Positions 49,621 through 63,386 of a stretch of DNA of 64,000 nucleotides are shown here, piece after piece. Source of the stretch: Nymphaea colorata (lineage: Eukaryota); NCBI RefSeq assembly GCF_008831285.2, contig NC_045138.2, forward strand, positions 40,734,001 through 40,798,000. The letters run 5' to 3'. How positions within the stretch are numbered: position 1 is the first letter of the stretch; each line of letters begins with the position of its first letter. A model generated the notes under the pieces. That model saw nothing but the letters and a program-made list of their open reading frames with translations. It did no database searches and was not told the origin of the DNA. The position numbers and the translations under genes were made by a program.

Positions 49621-52104
49621 GTGAAGGGAGAAGCAAGGGCGTCTCGCATTTGAGCGACCAGCATCTGAGGTTCTTTAACTGACTTAACCGTCAAAAATTT
49701 GGGTCCTGGATCATTACTCAAACGACTAGGGATCCGAGAATTCTGGTTCCCTAAAATTGATGAAAAGATCCATACACCTGAATCTAGAACCAATATAAGC
49801 CTTCTTGGCAAGACCAAGTTCTCTTAAAATCTCAACAGTTTCAGTTGTTCGGATTGGGGTTTTTTAAGGGGATATCTCAAGGTGTTGCTTGCTTCGGAAC
49901 CTAAATAGAGAATGATACACTTGTCAACTATAGTGTCGCACATTCATCATTTGTTACTTAGAAATATAGCATCCACGAGGCTTCAGATCAAAATTGACTG
50001 TCAAGTTTTGTTAAGAACTGAGAAGGAACCCATAAATGGAAGGTAATCAACAGCACAAATGGGTCAGGCAGACACAAAGATAGGAATTTTTTATTCAAAA
50101 TTTTAACAACAACTGACATATAATTTTTCAAAATTATTGTATAGAACTAAATAAATTTGTTAAAAACTTACATGATTTTTTTTTTTTTTGAAAGTTTGAG
50201 GGGAGGATTGTGACCCTCTTGCCGTGCAGTGGATGATAACCCTGTCACTCACTTGAAAAACATTGATTAGGGTTTTACTTCTTGAGGGGTTCCTCATCAA
50301 TCATCATCTAAGAGAAAATATGATTTACATGGACTAAGAGAAAATATGGTTTACATGGACGTATGTTGCTTATGGATGGAGGCCGATAATGCACAATGGG
50401 TAATGAAAATGCAAAAAAACTCTAGAATCGAACTCTTAAGTGGTGTTTCAAACTCACACCTTATCACTTGTGATTTTTGTAGTTTAGAACATCAAAATAA
50501 ACTTTCTTATGGATTACATTTGAATCCATAAATAAGATTATGTATATTACAAAGATTTGAATCAGTGTTATCACAACTTGATCGAAGCATTGGATCTGAA
50601 TTGAATTGAAATGATTTGAATCGGATTTGATTCAGTACTAATGAATTTCATGGAAACATGCATCAATTTAGTTTCTGATTAATTCACTTGATTGTCTGCA
50701 TCATACAACTGCCTCATTCGATTCAAAAACTAATATTGACAAACGAGTGGTTTGAATAAACTGATCCCAAGTGTAGCATTATTTGTGCTATTTGTTGATT
50801 TTTTTTTTTTTGGAAAAGGTTAAACAATAAAATTCCATGATTACGACTTCATCTAGGGCCATTAGTTTAATACATTCCCATTCTCTTTTAACCCTGAAAA
50901 AGTGCATTTTACTGTTAGAACTGGGAAAATAAACTTGAGAATTAAGCTTTATATCATGATCACACTCTTTTTTTGTGTAACTGCAGAATTTGGAAAACAA
51001 ATGCTTCAAGAAACCTATTCCAACCAATGTTTGGCAGAAAAGGAATTTTCATAGGAAACTGTGCCATCCTTACCAGAAATTTCCATGAAGAAAAAGAGAG
51101 GGATCTCGAGGTCGTTTCATTAATACAGGGTAGAAAAGGGAGTGCTTTGCTTTTGGAGCAATTGAATGCTCCGCTTTGTCTGCCGGAAAAAAAAAAAACT
51201 TCGAAAGGGTTTTTTGTACTTTGGATCCTCTTTTTCAACGGCCATGAAGATTCGTGGAAGTTTTCCGCAATAAAATATTGAAGAAACTTCTTCCTTTTGA
51301 GTCGTTGAAAACGAAGTTCTCCGGCATGCAATCGACAATTTCGTAATCAATTCGTTCCGAAAGCAAGGAAAGATTTTCTGCCTTTAGGGGCCGATCTTTT
51401 AAACATAATTTTGAAATGAGGAATCCGAATTCCCAAATCCTCTTTGTAGATAACAAAAATATCAATCACTTTTTTTTTTTTCTTGTTTTTCTTTCAATTG
51501 ACTATCACGATAGATATATATCATAAGTACTTTCACTCAACGGAGTCTTTAATTGCAGAATGAACCTTACATGCATGTTTGTTTAGCTAATTAAGACGTC
51601 ATATAGATCTCAATAGGTTGGCATAATGAGGTGGGTCTTCGCTGTCATGCGTAAATCCCGCTCATGTAGATGGCACACTAAAATGTACGTCATCTATTAA
51701 AGAAAGGTACATTGAAGGGGTTTTACCACGCTTCTTATTTGGGGTCCAGGCCCGCGTTGGCTTTCCTTCAAATTTATTCGGGAAAAAAAATTAGAGACCA
51801 TGCATTTAGTGAACCTATTGAAACGGACAAACGTGTAGTTCACATAAATATTAAGAAATTAGTCTTAGGCCTGAAATGAGGTGAGTCTTGGCTGTCATGC
51901 CAGCTTAAGTCCCATTCGCCCTCCACTTGTGCATATGACACAATAAATTTGCATGCAGCCAAGAAAATACATTCAAACCTCATGACCGAGCCAGACATTA
52001 TAAGTTAAGGGGCACTAATTCAAACAATTTTAAATTCTCAGAAGTACCAATATATACAAAAGAGCAAATGGATCTTGAAAAAGTGTAAAATCAATGGGTG
52101 AATG

Positions 52105-52300
52105 CAGGGGTGGAACGGGGATTTTTTTCAGGGGCTGGCCAAACGGTCTAACGAATTTATCCAGATAGGGCCAAACTAAACCCCAATTTAAATAATACAT
52201 TACCCAACAAAAAATTTTCAATTTTTGTAATATATATATACATTTTTCAGTTAGTTGGGTGGGGCCACGGCCTAGGCGGGCTCCCCTCCTTCCACCCCTG
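52105..52300. mobile_element. 196-bp hAT-type MITE with TIRs and 8-bp target-site duplication
   Basis: Perfect 11-bp TIR CAGGGGTGGAA...TTCCACCCCTG. Flanks GGTGAATG (52097-52104) and GGAGAATG (52301-52308) match at 7/8. The core is AT-rich. Confidence 0.85.
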
Positions 52301-54844
52301 GGAGAATGCCCTCTCCAGCCCACATGTGGCTCCACCACATGGGTTTACTACTTTAATTATAGTTCCGATCCGAGTTTGCCTTGGAACTTGTGTTCATGAA
52401 CCAAACTGCTATTGATTTTTTTCATCTCAAGGATAAATCCTCTCATATATGATTTTAAGGGCATATACGGACCCAAGTAAAATTTCTCTAGCTAAGGATA
52501 AGTTTTACCTCAATTACTTGTTTCCTTTTCAAGAGTGAAAATGGTTTCACCAATGCTGTTTTCCCCATTTTCAAACCAAAGGGGGACAGGCAAGGGGAAA
52601 GTATTGAATGCAAAACTTTCACTATTTTTTTCCGCTTGAGCTCCGTAATTTGAAAGAGATCTTTCACAACTTTGTGGTTGGGACGATGACACAGCTAGTG
52701 AGGCAAAACTGAGGCGCATCAATTGCGGGTTGAAAGGGATCTCTCACTCTCAAACATGCCTTGAGCATCAACTGGCTGGCGAAGGATGTTCCCACACCCC
52801 AACAGTGAAAGAAACAAGTGTGCCTACAATAGGGCGCAATCTGTATAACACCCTATGCTGCATTATTTTGTGACTTGATTGACACCTTTTATTTTTGGAG
52901 CAAGTGTGAGTAGACATCATGATTGCAGTCAGGAAGAGTCTTTGGCAATGCAATCTGATGGGATCCATGTGGGTCTCATCCCTACATGCATGATTTAGAC
53001 CATTTTCTTAGCATTAATTTCTAGAAATACAGTAGGGCTAGTCAGTGACAGTAGAGAAATTTTGACCAACAAAAAGCAATTCACAAGGAGAGCAAGCTCT
53101 TGTTATCAGGAAAAGGGAATACCATCGGTTGCGTTTCATGCCAACCAAACATAAGATCTGATTGATGACGAAATTATCTTGTCGTCAAGATCCACATAAA
53201 TTGTAAGGGTTCATGCAAGAAGACAACCAAAAATAAGTAAGATTTGATTGATGAAATTATCTTGACATCAAGATCAAAATAGATTGTAAAGTTATAGATA
53301 AGAATTGAACGATGCCAAAAGTTTTTATTTTTTTGTTTTAGTTTCTGACTCAAAGAAGCTGCATCAGGATCGAGAGACTTTATTGTTTCAATGGCAACAT
53401 AAAACCCCGATGCTAGTAACTTTAGTCCCAAGGCCTATGTCCCTAAGTACTTAGGCTTGTGCACGAAATTAACGCCTATTGGACCAAACCAACAACTAAT
53501 TTTTCGTAGCTTTTGATGCAACCAGCTACGCTAAACCCCTTGGGCCCCAAAAGTTCAATACTTAAAATGGGGAGAAGCTTCTCGCTACAAGGTTGAAGCA
53601 ATGAAGAGACTTTTTGATGGACAAAGGGGTACTTCAATGTTTTGATACCTGCAAACTTGAGGTTCACATGAGTAGTCAACCTGGCCTGCATAACCATAAG
53701 GACATTTTCCTAAAAAAAATTTCTATTCAAAGCGCGCCGTGGATTTTCAAACTTTTTTTGTTCATTAGATAAATTTCTGTTCTAGTTGGCCCTCACATTT
53801 TCGAACTTTTTGACACTCAAATGGTGCAAGATGCTTTCCTCCAAATGAATATAATTTGGAGATCATGCAACCAATACTTTGGTTGCTAGTGCAATCATAT
53901 AGTAAATAACGAAATCATCATAGGTACTTAAGCTTACTGCAAAAGCAAGAATTTTCTCTCAAACAGTTAAGTGGAAAGATCATGCAGCCTCTATAATAAA
54001 TCCGCTATGTGAAATCGTGTACAATGCGTCTTCTAGTTAGGTCACTTCATCATGGAAATTTTTTTGTTTGGTTCCTTGATAAAGAAAGATGTCCTTGTCT
54101 AAGTTCTCTTCTCTTGCACGGCCATAAAAAGAATATAAAGCAACCTCTGGGAAACTAAAGCTTTCACCACTTCCAGAAGTTAAAGGAGACATAAGGTCTA
54201 ACTTACCAATCAAAACATGTACAAATATAGAAGACTTTCCCTCTCACCTCTTCGAACATGTAAAAATAAAAGCCTAATTCACCAACCAAAACATGTTCAA
54301 ATATAAACCACATACTCAAATGACTATAGACCCAAAAAGCTTTTTTTTAAAAAAAGTTCCTTCCTAAGGAGAATAAAATCAAATAACTACTCAAATAAGC
54401 AAGTTTTCCACAATTAATTAAGAGTAAAAAGTTCCACATTCTCCAAAATGGCAACCCACTTGGCGAGCAAAAAATGGTGCATCATGCATGCATTAAATTC
54501 TTCATGAGCACTATGTGGGCTCTCAAGATTATGGCAAAAGGCAGGTCCACAATTGGAGTCGTCCCCAGAAAGTAAGGGAGCTTATAAAACAAAATGGATG
54601 CATCAGATACCATGCATATTGTGCAACAGCAGAAACCAAGAACAATATAAAGAGTAAATGTTTGTCTCATGGAATACTCAAGTGCAGTGAATCAACCGAT
54701 CATCCTTTCATATATGTCTCGCGTTGCAGTACTCCTATATGGAAAAGAAAACCCCAATGACTAGTACAACGCAAAGGACTGAGTCTTTAGTTACATAAAA
54801 TGTCGGGACATTTACTCCCAAAAGCAGTAAAGAGAGTATTTTAT

Positions 54845-55080
54845 TCTTGTTCTTGGAACAGCAGGAACAAGGACGCCTTGTTCTGCTGTTTCCAGGAATA
54901 AGATTACTAGATTAGTATGTCCTTCTGGAACAGGATATGAATCTATCCAGTGTTTGATTCATTTGGAACATGGTAGTCATGCTGTCTAGCTGTTCATCCA
55001 GCGGTTGCAAGGACAGAGGCAGGGCATGCTGTTTCTGGAACCCAGGAAGAAGACTTCGTGTTACCCGGGAAAATCAAACA
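54845..55080. mobile_element. MITE-like remnant with strong internal palindrome
   Basis: TGGAACAGCAGGAACAAGG-acg-CCTTGTTCTGCTGTTTCCA fold-back, recurring GGAACA motifs, ending in TCAAACA. No TSD identified. Confidence 0.45.
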
Positions 55081-58000
55081 ATGTGAAAGTTCCGGTGGAC
55101 TTGCCGTTCCCTTTCAGAAAGGGATGTAACGACTTGACCTACTCATGGGCTCAGACCCTAAGTTTGACGGATTTTAACCCACCCTAACAGTTTAGGTTTC
55201 AGCTCGAAAAATGATAGAAGAAAACAATTAACCACTTTAATAACCCCTTGAAGTTTTTTGACAATTTTCAATAAAAAACTAAACTTTTTGAGATGTTACA
55301 TTGGACTTTGGTATAGTTATAGTTCAATTATATATATATATATATAAGAGTTAATTTTAATGCATGGTGGGTAACCTGACCTCTCTTGCTCCAAAGAAGC
55401 TTCGCTGCAAGCGAGTCCAAAGGTCGAATCACTTGGCCATTATTGCAGTGACCAAGAAAAGTGACGTTTCTTAGGGAAAGCAAACAACCCGCAGCAAAAT
55501 TGACATTCTAACAAACAATATTGATATACCCACCAAAACAAACGCACCTAATCTTGCACCAAGTTCTGACTAGGGTCCCTGTATCTGCAACAAAACCCGC
55601 ACGTCTTCAAACACAGATCCAAGAAATATAAGTGCTATTAAGAACCAATGGGCAGAGAATAACTTTTCTAGAGGAATTATTTTCAAATTTTCATTTATAT
55701 AAACTATATATATGTATATGTAAGAGTTGGTTGATTTAAATGTTTAAATACATCGGTCTCAACCATTTGATATATCGCAGTGCATGTGGACATGCATATA
55801 ATTATATTGGGACCAATACTATTGATTTTAAACATGGTTCTGGACTCTGAATCCGTCGATTAGATTCATATCTTCCCCTCATATAAGTCTAAATCCCTTT
55901 CTTAAACATTTTTAAGTATAGAAAGGATGCCAGTATATACTCTATGTGAAAGTTTAGGTAAAATTTCTTGCCTCTAGTTTAGATGTTGAGGACAAATGGT
56001 TGGATGAAGTACACCTAGATAGTTGCAATGAATGAATTGCTGCCTAACTCCTAATTATTTAATTTTCCACAAAGTTCCCCTGTCCACAAATTAAACAGCA
56101 CTAAATCCACACCTTTTTTTTTGTCGGAATCAAGCTTAATTTGGAGATGTGCTTTCCATTGTTTTTTCCCCACTTTTCTTTTGTCTTCTTTCTTTTTTTT
56201 CCCCTTAATGCTTAATAATCATACCCTTCACGTGAAAGTGACTAATGTCATATTCATGGCTCAACAGTACTTGGCCTCTATATAATCTCATCATCTATAT
56301 AACATAAGAAGTTTGCAAATACAGGTCTAAAGATACTATACAAGTATTGGACAATATTTATGTTTAAACAGGTATTTTTATAATGCATGTTCAGGAGTCG
56401 TTTGGCAGCAGAAACACAAAGTGTTTCATGAATCTACCCATAGATTGAGGCAGATTCGTATGACATTAGTTTTATTGTTTTATGAGTCTACCCAATCTTG
56501 AGAGCATATTCATTTGATACAAGTGTCCAACCTGTGAGAGCACTTTTATGTACCTGTTGTTTGATGAGTGAACTTACTACATCATTGTTTTCTCTTTCTT
56601 TAAAATGACTGCATGCCTTGAAAATATTGAACCACTTACAATACGAAAGTCGGATATAATGAGTCTTCTCAAATCATTAAATGTTGAATAATTTTTTTAA
56701 AGAATAAAGCCTTAGGTGAGCCGGACGGCCATTTCTTAATGAGGACAACCTAACTTCTTAAATGTCCATGGAACGATCGATGCCGTTGATAAGATTAGAA
56801 AAATGTGAAGCACAAGTGTGTGAGTTGGTTGGCTTTAAAGATGGAATGAATATTCTGCTATCAAGTGTCGATGGGCATCTTCAAATGTGCTCTTTGTGCT
56901 TTGATCAAAGTAGCAACGAAAAGAGAGACGCTTTCAAAGCAACTGTTCTATCCTGTGCTCTGCTTCCTCTTTTGGTGAAAAAGTGAAAAACATGGAGCGT
57001 CAGCAAACAACTTCACCGATCAACTCTCGTCTTTGCTCATCAATTTCATTGTAATAAATTCCCAAGTCAACTTTGGCCTTTGATGCTTCTCTTTTACATT
57101 TAACTTTTTTTTTTTTACCTAACATCTTTCAAGTTAGAATTTAGAAAAGCAAGAGTTGGCTTAGTTCATTTTTGAAATGTAAATTTAAAGAAAAAAACAA
57201 ACTTTTTCTTTTCTTTCAAATTATTACACGAAGGAAACTACACTCGAGCCGAGAGACTTAGTGGCTCACCGAAGATCGCAAAATTCATCGCTAGTATTAA
57301 TTATGCACTTGAGTGTGGCCTTCTATTTAACAACCATGTTCGGAGTCGAAAATAATAGGAATAACCTTGTGTCTAAAAAACGAAAATTCATTTCCTTTTC
57401 AAAAAAACCCCAGGCACCCCAGGTATGGAGGTGGGTGTTTGGGCTCATCTCTCGCTCTTGCTCATGCAGGATTGGTAGGCAGTTAGTTTTCATTTTAAAT
57501 TCTCGAGACATCAACTTTCTATACTGCAAAGGCAATACACCGATATTCAAGTTAAAGCATCGTGGATAAATCACCTCAAGACACTCAAGAAAGGGTGAGT
57601 TCTTTGAGAAGATGGAGGAAAATATAAAGTCTTTAGTTCCTTTATCAAATAGTAGTTCCTTTATCAAATAGTAGGATAAAATACTCATCATGCATGAACA
57701 AGCACAACTTATAACATATGCTTGGGTACCCAAAATTGCAAACAACATTCTGATTCATCTTGTAAAATGACATAAGAAAAGCTTCCTTTCAATAAGAACA
57801 AAATGGGATAAACGAAAAGTCGCTTTCCACTTGATCCTCAATTCAACGTAGTGTTTTTGTATTCCCATTATTTTGCATGGCCGTATATTACTTTTAAAAT
57901 ATTCAAGATTAAAGCAACCCCGCGTTTAGTGCCGTATTATCCCATTATTAAAAAGAAAGTGTTTGAAGTCCAAAGCAGAATCTTGGTCACGAGACGACGG

Positions 58001-61000
58001 AATGTCCCACGGCCATGGCTCAGATTCGAAACGTCAAAGCTGGATTTGGATCTCGTTTCCTGCGTGGCACTCCAGCTGCCGAATCTATTTTCTGCGGGTC
58101 AAGGAATCTGGAGCAGTAGAAAGTTTGGGAACCGATGCCAGGGAAAAGACCAAGCGGGACTTTGGAGACACAACTCCCCAAGTTGGATGCATCCCTCATT
58201 CATTTTTTTTTTTTCATTTTTTTAGATTAAAAGTGAAAGCAGTATTTAGAGCCCAGTTCTCCTAATTGTGGTGCAAATGGATCTGATTTGAGTCAGATCT
58301 ATTTGTTTAGGATTTTGGCATGCAGTTTTTTCACAAAAAGTCGATGTCACTAGGATTTGAACCAGTGACCTAACCTTCTTCCCAGCCTCTCTTTACATTA
58401 CATAAGATTAAGGGGGCGTTTGTAATCTGGTTTGACTTCAAAACATCATTTTAAGAATTTTCAGAACCTGAAAAGCCTGCTTAGACAAAACCCAGTAAAC
58501 CAAAGTTTATAAAACCGACTTCTTAATCAGGTTTTCAAAAACCAAATTTTTTTTAGAAAAGCAAGATTTTGGTACTGGCCTACAAATTCGCGGAGGGCGA
58601 CACGTTTTCGAATTTAAGTCAAAAAGTGGGGCGCCATTCACGAAACTGTCTTTCCTTGTGGCCGTCGTTTTCCCGAAGATCTGAAAAAGGCCAGACTATT
58701 TAATTTTGTCCGGCAAAACTGAGCCAAAGCCAAGGTTCTCTCCTCGTGCTCACCCTGCAAAAAAAAAAGGCTGACAACTGCCCCGGCTTTCTTGCAGGGC
58801 CGGCTCTTCTGGGTCCGAACCCCAGTCAACCGAATCGCCCCTGCAGGGCTGGCACCCAGTCCAGTGCGCCTGTGCCTTCCTTTGACTTGCACAGTCAGTG
58901 AAAAGATCTGTACAGGCAAAAGGGGGAGACCCCTCTTCAAACCCAAATCCAGATCCAGATCCAAAAAACTGTCATATCATGGTTTCGGATCTGAAACGAA
59001 TGATCCGACCCGAAGAATGCACAGTCCTACTTTTGGGAGACAATGTGTTCAGTCGAGGGGGAGGGAAACCCTAGGCGGGGAAGGGAAGGGAAGGGAAGGG
59101 ACCCTCTCCCATGTGGGGGAGTCCTACCAAAAGTGGTGATTTGACAAGACAACCTCACGCTTGTCGGCCGGTGGCCCCCACGCTCCCCCGCCTTCAGACT
59201 CATAATTTTCCCCGGGCCCACACCCATGCAGTTGCAGACCTACAGGGCCACCCCCTCCTTTCTTTTTCCCTCTCTTGCTTCCTTCCTCCTCCATTGACAC
59301 ACACAAGCAACCTCACCTCACCACTTCCCAATGCGTCCCTCGACTCCCCTAGCCTAGCCTGCCTGCTTCCCTCCCATGGAGGCAAAGAATGTTCATTGTT
59401 CTGTTGAGTGTTGCCGACCCGTACTCCCCAGGCCTGAGCTCATCTCCTCTTGTTGACCATGAAGCAGCCGGAAGCCGGCAGGCGACTAGTTCTGCACTGT
59501 TTCTGTTGGTCGGTTGCAGAACTGCGGCTTGCTGATCTGTGTGTATTTAAAGTAAAAGAGACAAAGAAAAGTTTTCAATAGTTTCGGGACAAGTTGGGGA
59601 TCGAGTTGTTGAAGGAAGCGCCTGTCTGTGAGGGAATATTAATGCATGCAACGCAAGAGGATGAGACTTGTGGGTTGGTTTGCTGGTTTTGATTTGATGG
59701 GCAGGATTAATCGCCACCTGCAATCACTGTATCGAACTGAAACGTGATCAGGAGGCCGAGGGAAGCTCCACCTCAGTCAACCCCCCCCTCTTCCCCCCTA
59801 CCAATAATCTTTCACCATCACTCATGAAACGCACGCAACCTGGCGTTGCAGGGGAAGCTGGCCCTTCTTCTCCAGTGAGGGAGACGTTTCTGCTTTTCTT
59901 ATCGCTTTTGTTACCTTCCATCTCTGCGCCGCAGAGACGCTTCCGTGTCTCAGCGGCCGAGAGAAAGGGCAGAAGGAATGAGAAGTGGGACTCCTCCTAC
60001 AAGCAATGTCAGTGTGACGGACAAAAGACGGCAAGGTCCTCCGAATCAAACAATCTCCCCCCTCACGCTCTCTCTCTCTCTAGATCTGTTTCTTCTCTCT
60101 CTAGTATTATTAGGGGCTTTGAGGGAGGATGGCACGTGAGAGTTTGTGCCGGGAGTGCCGACAATGGCGTCAGCTGAGGCAGAACACACGTGTCGACGCG
60201 GGTGGCAGCGAAGCGTACCCTGTATCACCCCGTCTTTTTGCTTTGCCTTGTTCATGAGCTGTACTGCTGCTGCTGATTTCTTTCATCAAATGCATGGGCT
60301 GGGGCAGATCGACCCCCCGCCAAAATATGAAAGCGATCGGTCAAATTTCTACTTTGTTCTTCATCATTACCATTATCATCCATATATATATATATATATA
60401 ACACATTCAATCATGAATGAATATCAACATAAGAGAGAGAAATATAAAAGAAAGAGATAGAAGGAGGGAGCTCTTCACATGCTGAGCTTCGCTGTAGAGG
60501 GCAGCTTCAGTCACATCAGAATCCAAGCAGACCCCACGATTCCAAAAAGTACAAACAGACACTGCTACTCTCCTATCGCGTACACGATAGCCCCTCTGCA
60601 GATCACTATAATCCAAGTGCATCTCCTTCTCTCTCTCTCTGTCTACCTACATCGTAGTCAGAAGTGGTACATTCGCAGCAGAAAGCTAGCATATACGTAT
60701 GTATGTGCTGTTCATACCATTTGGCTTCTACCATTTTTTTTTTTTTTTGCTAATTACTACAAACAACTTCTTTCATATGTATATGTGCGTGCTTGTATTA
60801 CGGTCTGCAACGAGTAACGAAGTAGTAGTTGATTTTGTTTCAGAAGTACTCCCTGCAGGTACTACTTCACCAATTCTTAATCATTCAACTCAGATATATC
60901 GGGCTATGTTCTATATATACATATATAAGACGTGCAAGCACGAAACACGTATTTCTCAAGCCATCCAACAGCCATCCGATGCATTACAGCGAACAAATGT

Positions 61001-63386
61001 GATTACATACACTCCCTAATACAATGGATGTGACAATATACTGTGATCTCTGTCTGCTGTGAAAACTTGGATGAAGAAATCCATAAGTGTGTGTGTTATA
61101 TATGTCACACACACGGACAAATAGTATTTAAGGCTTTGAAAAAAGTGGGTAACGCCGAGCACATGTTTAATGTCCAATTTGTAAGAAACGTGTTGGAGTC
61201 ACGCCGTTCACATGAAATCTAAATGGTACAGTTTCCTTGAGGAAGTCCATTGTGATGGTTAACAAGGATATTGCGCATCTGTAGGTAATCTAGTTGCTGA
61301 AGAAAGTGTAATAGGCGTGATATAGCAATGTTTAACCAACTGGTTTAATAATCTCTGCCATCTACAAAACATATTCTGTTCAAGACAGCAGAAATTATCA
61401 GGATTTTACAGTTCACGAAGAAGTTTAAGGACTCGAATATTTCTTCCTAAAAATATTGCTGGCGACAACAAACAAACGGTTCGAAGCGATTTTGGATGAT
61501 GACAGAATCAAAATTGGACCATTGATAGAACACACATCTATAGTAGTTTTAATATATTTTTCTTCACGCAACATTTGTTGTATTGGCAGCCATTAATGAC
61601 AGCGGATGAACTTCAAACAGGTCCGTCAATATTATAATGATGTTTCCCTAAATTAATGAGCGCTAGCTAGCATGAACTAATAGTTTTCCAATACGAAAGT
61701 CACCTTTCCACTGTTAATATAGATAATTCTCAGCATCACATCCTGTTAGCAGATGCATCTTCCCCTCTCTTCTCGGCCGCTTGCTGGTTAATTTACTTGA
61801 CATGGTTCTTATATTTGGCCGTTTGATCGTTTCCACTGTTCTGTTCAAAGTTTAGATGTATGAATCCATGTGGAATGCTCAAAAAATAAGAAAAAAAATC
61901 TATTGGAGTCTACATCAAATGAGAGAGATGATACCAAGAAGAGAAAGAAAAGGCCGCTCTCAATAACAGTGTATTCCAACAATGGAAGGACGCGTGGCGT
62001 TCAAATTGAAAAATGGAACTTCAGTTGTCGCATTAATTTCGTATAACATCATTACAATTTTAATATATGAGGGTCCCTTTTGAGCTATATGCCGCTATTC
62101 TTTACATTCCCCCAATAAAATATAATTTGATAACGAAAAAGGCTTAGGAAACTCGCGATGACGATGAAAGAATAGTCACAAGATCCCCGTGAATATAATT
62201 GGAGCCAGTTAGAACATGATCGTGAATGTCTTAACATTAAAAAATGGTAAAATCTCAAACATGGTAGTCGAAAATCAATGCATGCCATCTGACCCAAGCA
62301 AAGAAAAGGTGGTTGGTGACCTTGGATGCTCACACAAGCAAGAAAGCATGCCTGGTTACGCAAGAGAGAGAGAGAGAGAGACTGTGTGTAAAAGTAATCT
62401 GAAAGACAATTATATTTTTTGACTCTGCAAATTGATCATGATTCTTTCAATTATACCGAAATGATCGAATGCAATCAAAAGCACGCTAAGCGGAGGAAGC
62501 CACCATAAAGAAAGAGATATAATCAAGTCGACGGCATTGACTGCATCAAAATAAGAACATGCCTCTCCTCTCTTTCCTCTCTTCTCTTTAATGTGGAGTA
62601 CTCCGGCTAACTGCTTTGAAGTCTGAAAGCCACAACTTTCACTTAAATACGAAATTTGGATGCATCCATTTTTAGTGGCAGAGACGTTTTGGACAGGGCA
62701 AATTAGGTAGTCATGACACTAACTGTTAGCTAGCTTATAAAAAGTTATTGCAGCAACTTGATCTATAAGTCTAAATTGACTAATTCCTAATGGTTTCGAT
62801 TGATTAGGATTAGCTAAGCTTGTATGAAACAAGAGTTCCCATCCTTACAACATAAGGAAACCCTTGCTGTCGGCATAAACAATAGAATTTACTTAACCCC
62901 GACTTTTCCATTTAGAAAAGAAACGATTGTAATCGATTGACCGTACATCTCTACACCCTATTCATATACACAGACTTGTCCAAGAAGATTTAATATGAGA
63001 GGTACGGTAAATTTAAGTCAATGCTATGTATGAAAAAGATGAAAATTTCCCTAAAAGTGAAAAGGAAAAATGACGATTCCCCTTAGTAAAAGTTACATTT
63101 TTCAACAAAAGATGAAAATACTCTTAAGCGGAGGTTCATAAGAGGTGAAATTACTTCTATAATATACCTTTTCACTCCACTGTCTTATATCATCATTTGT
63201 AGTTTAGAAGAGAAGTATTCATAGAAATCAAATTAAAGATGCATTGTTAGCACCATCCTTAAGCGACTAACTATGCTACGCCCCTAAAAGTAAAAAAACA
63301 CTCTTAAACCAAAAAAGGTACCTTTAAACAAAAGAAAAAGTGTGCCTGCCATATTAATCTTTGAAGACTCAAAGACAGTATTGACT

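Noticed and set aside
60495..60525. IPS1-like miR399 mimic (AGGGCAGCTTC...)
   Set aside because: The essential CCTTTGGCA half is absent.
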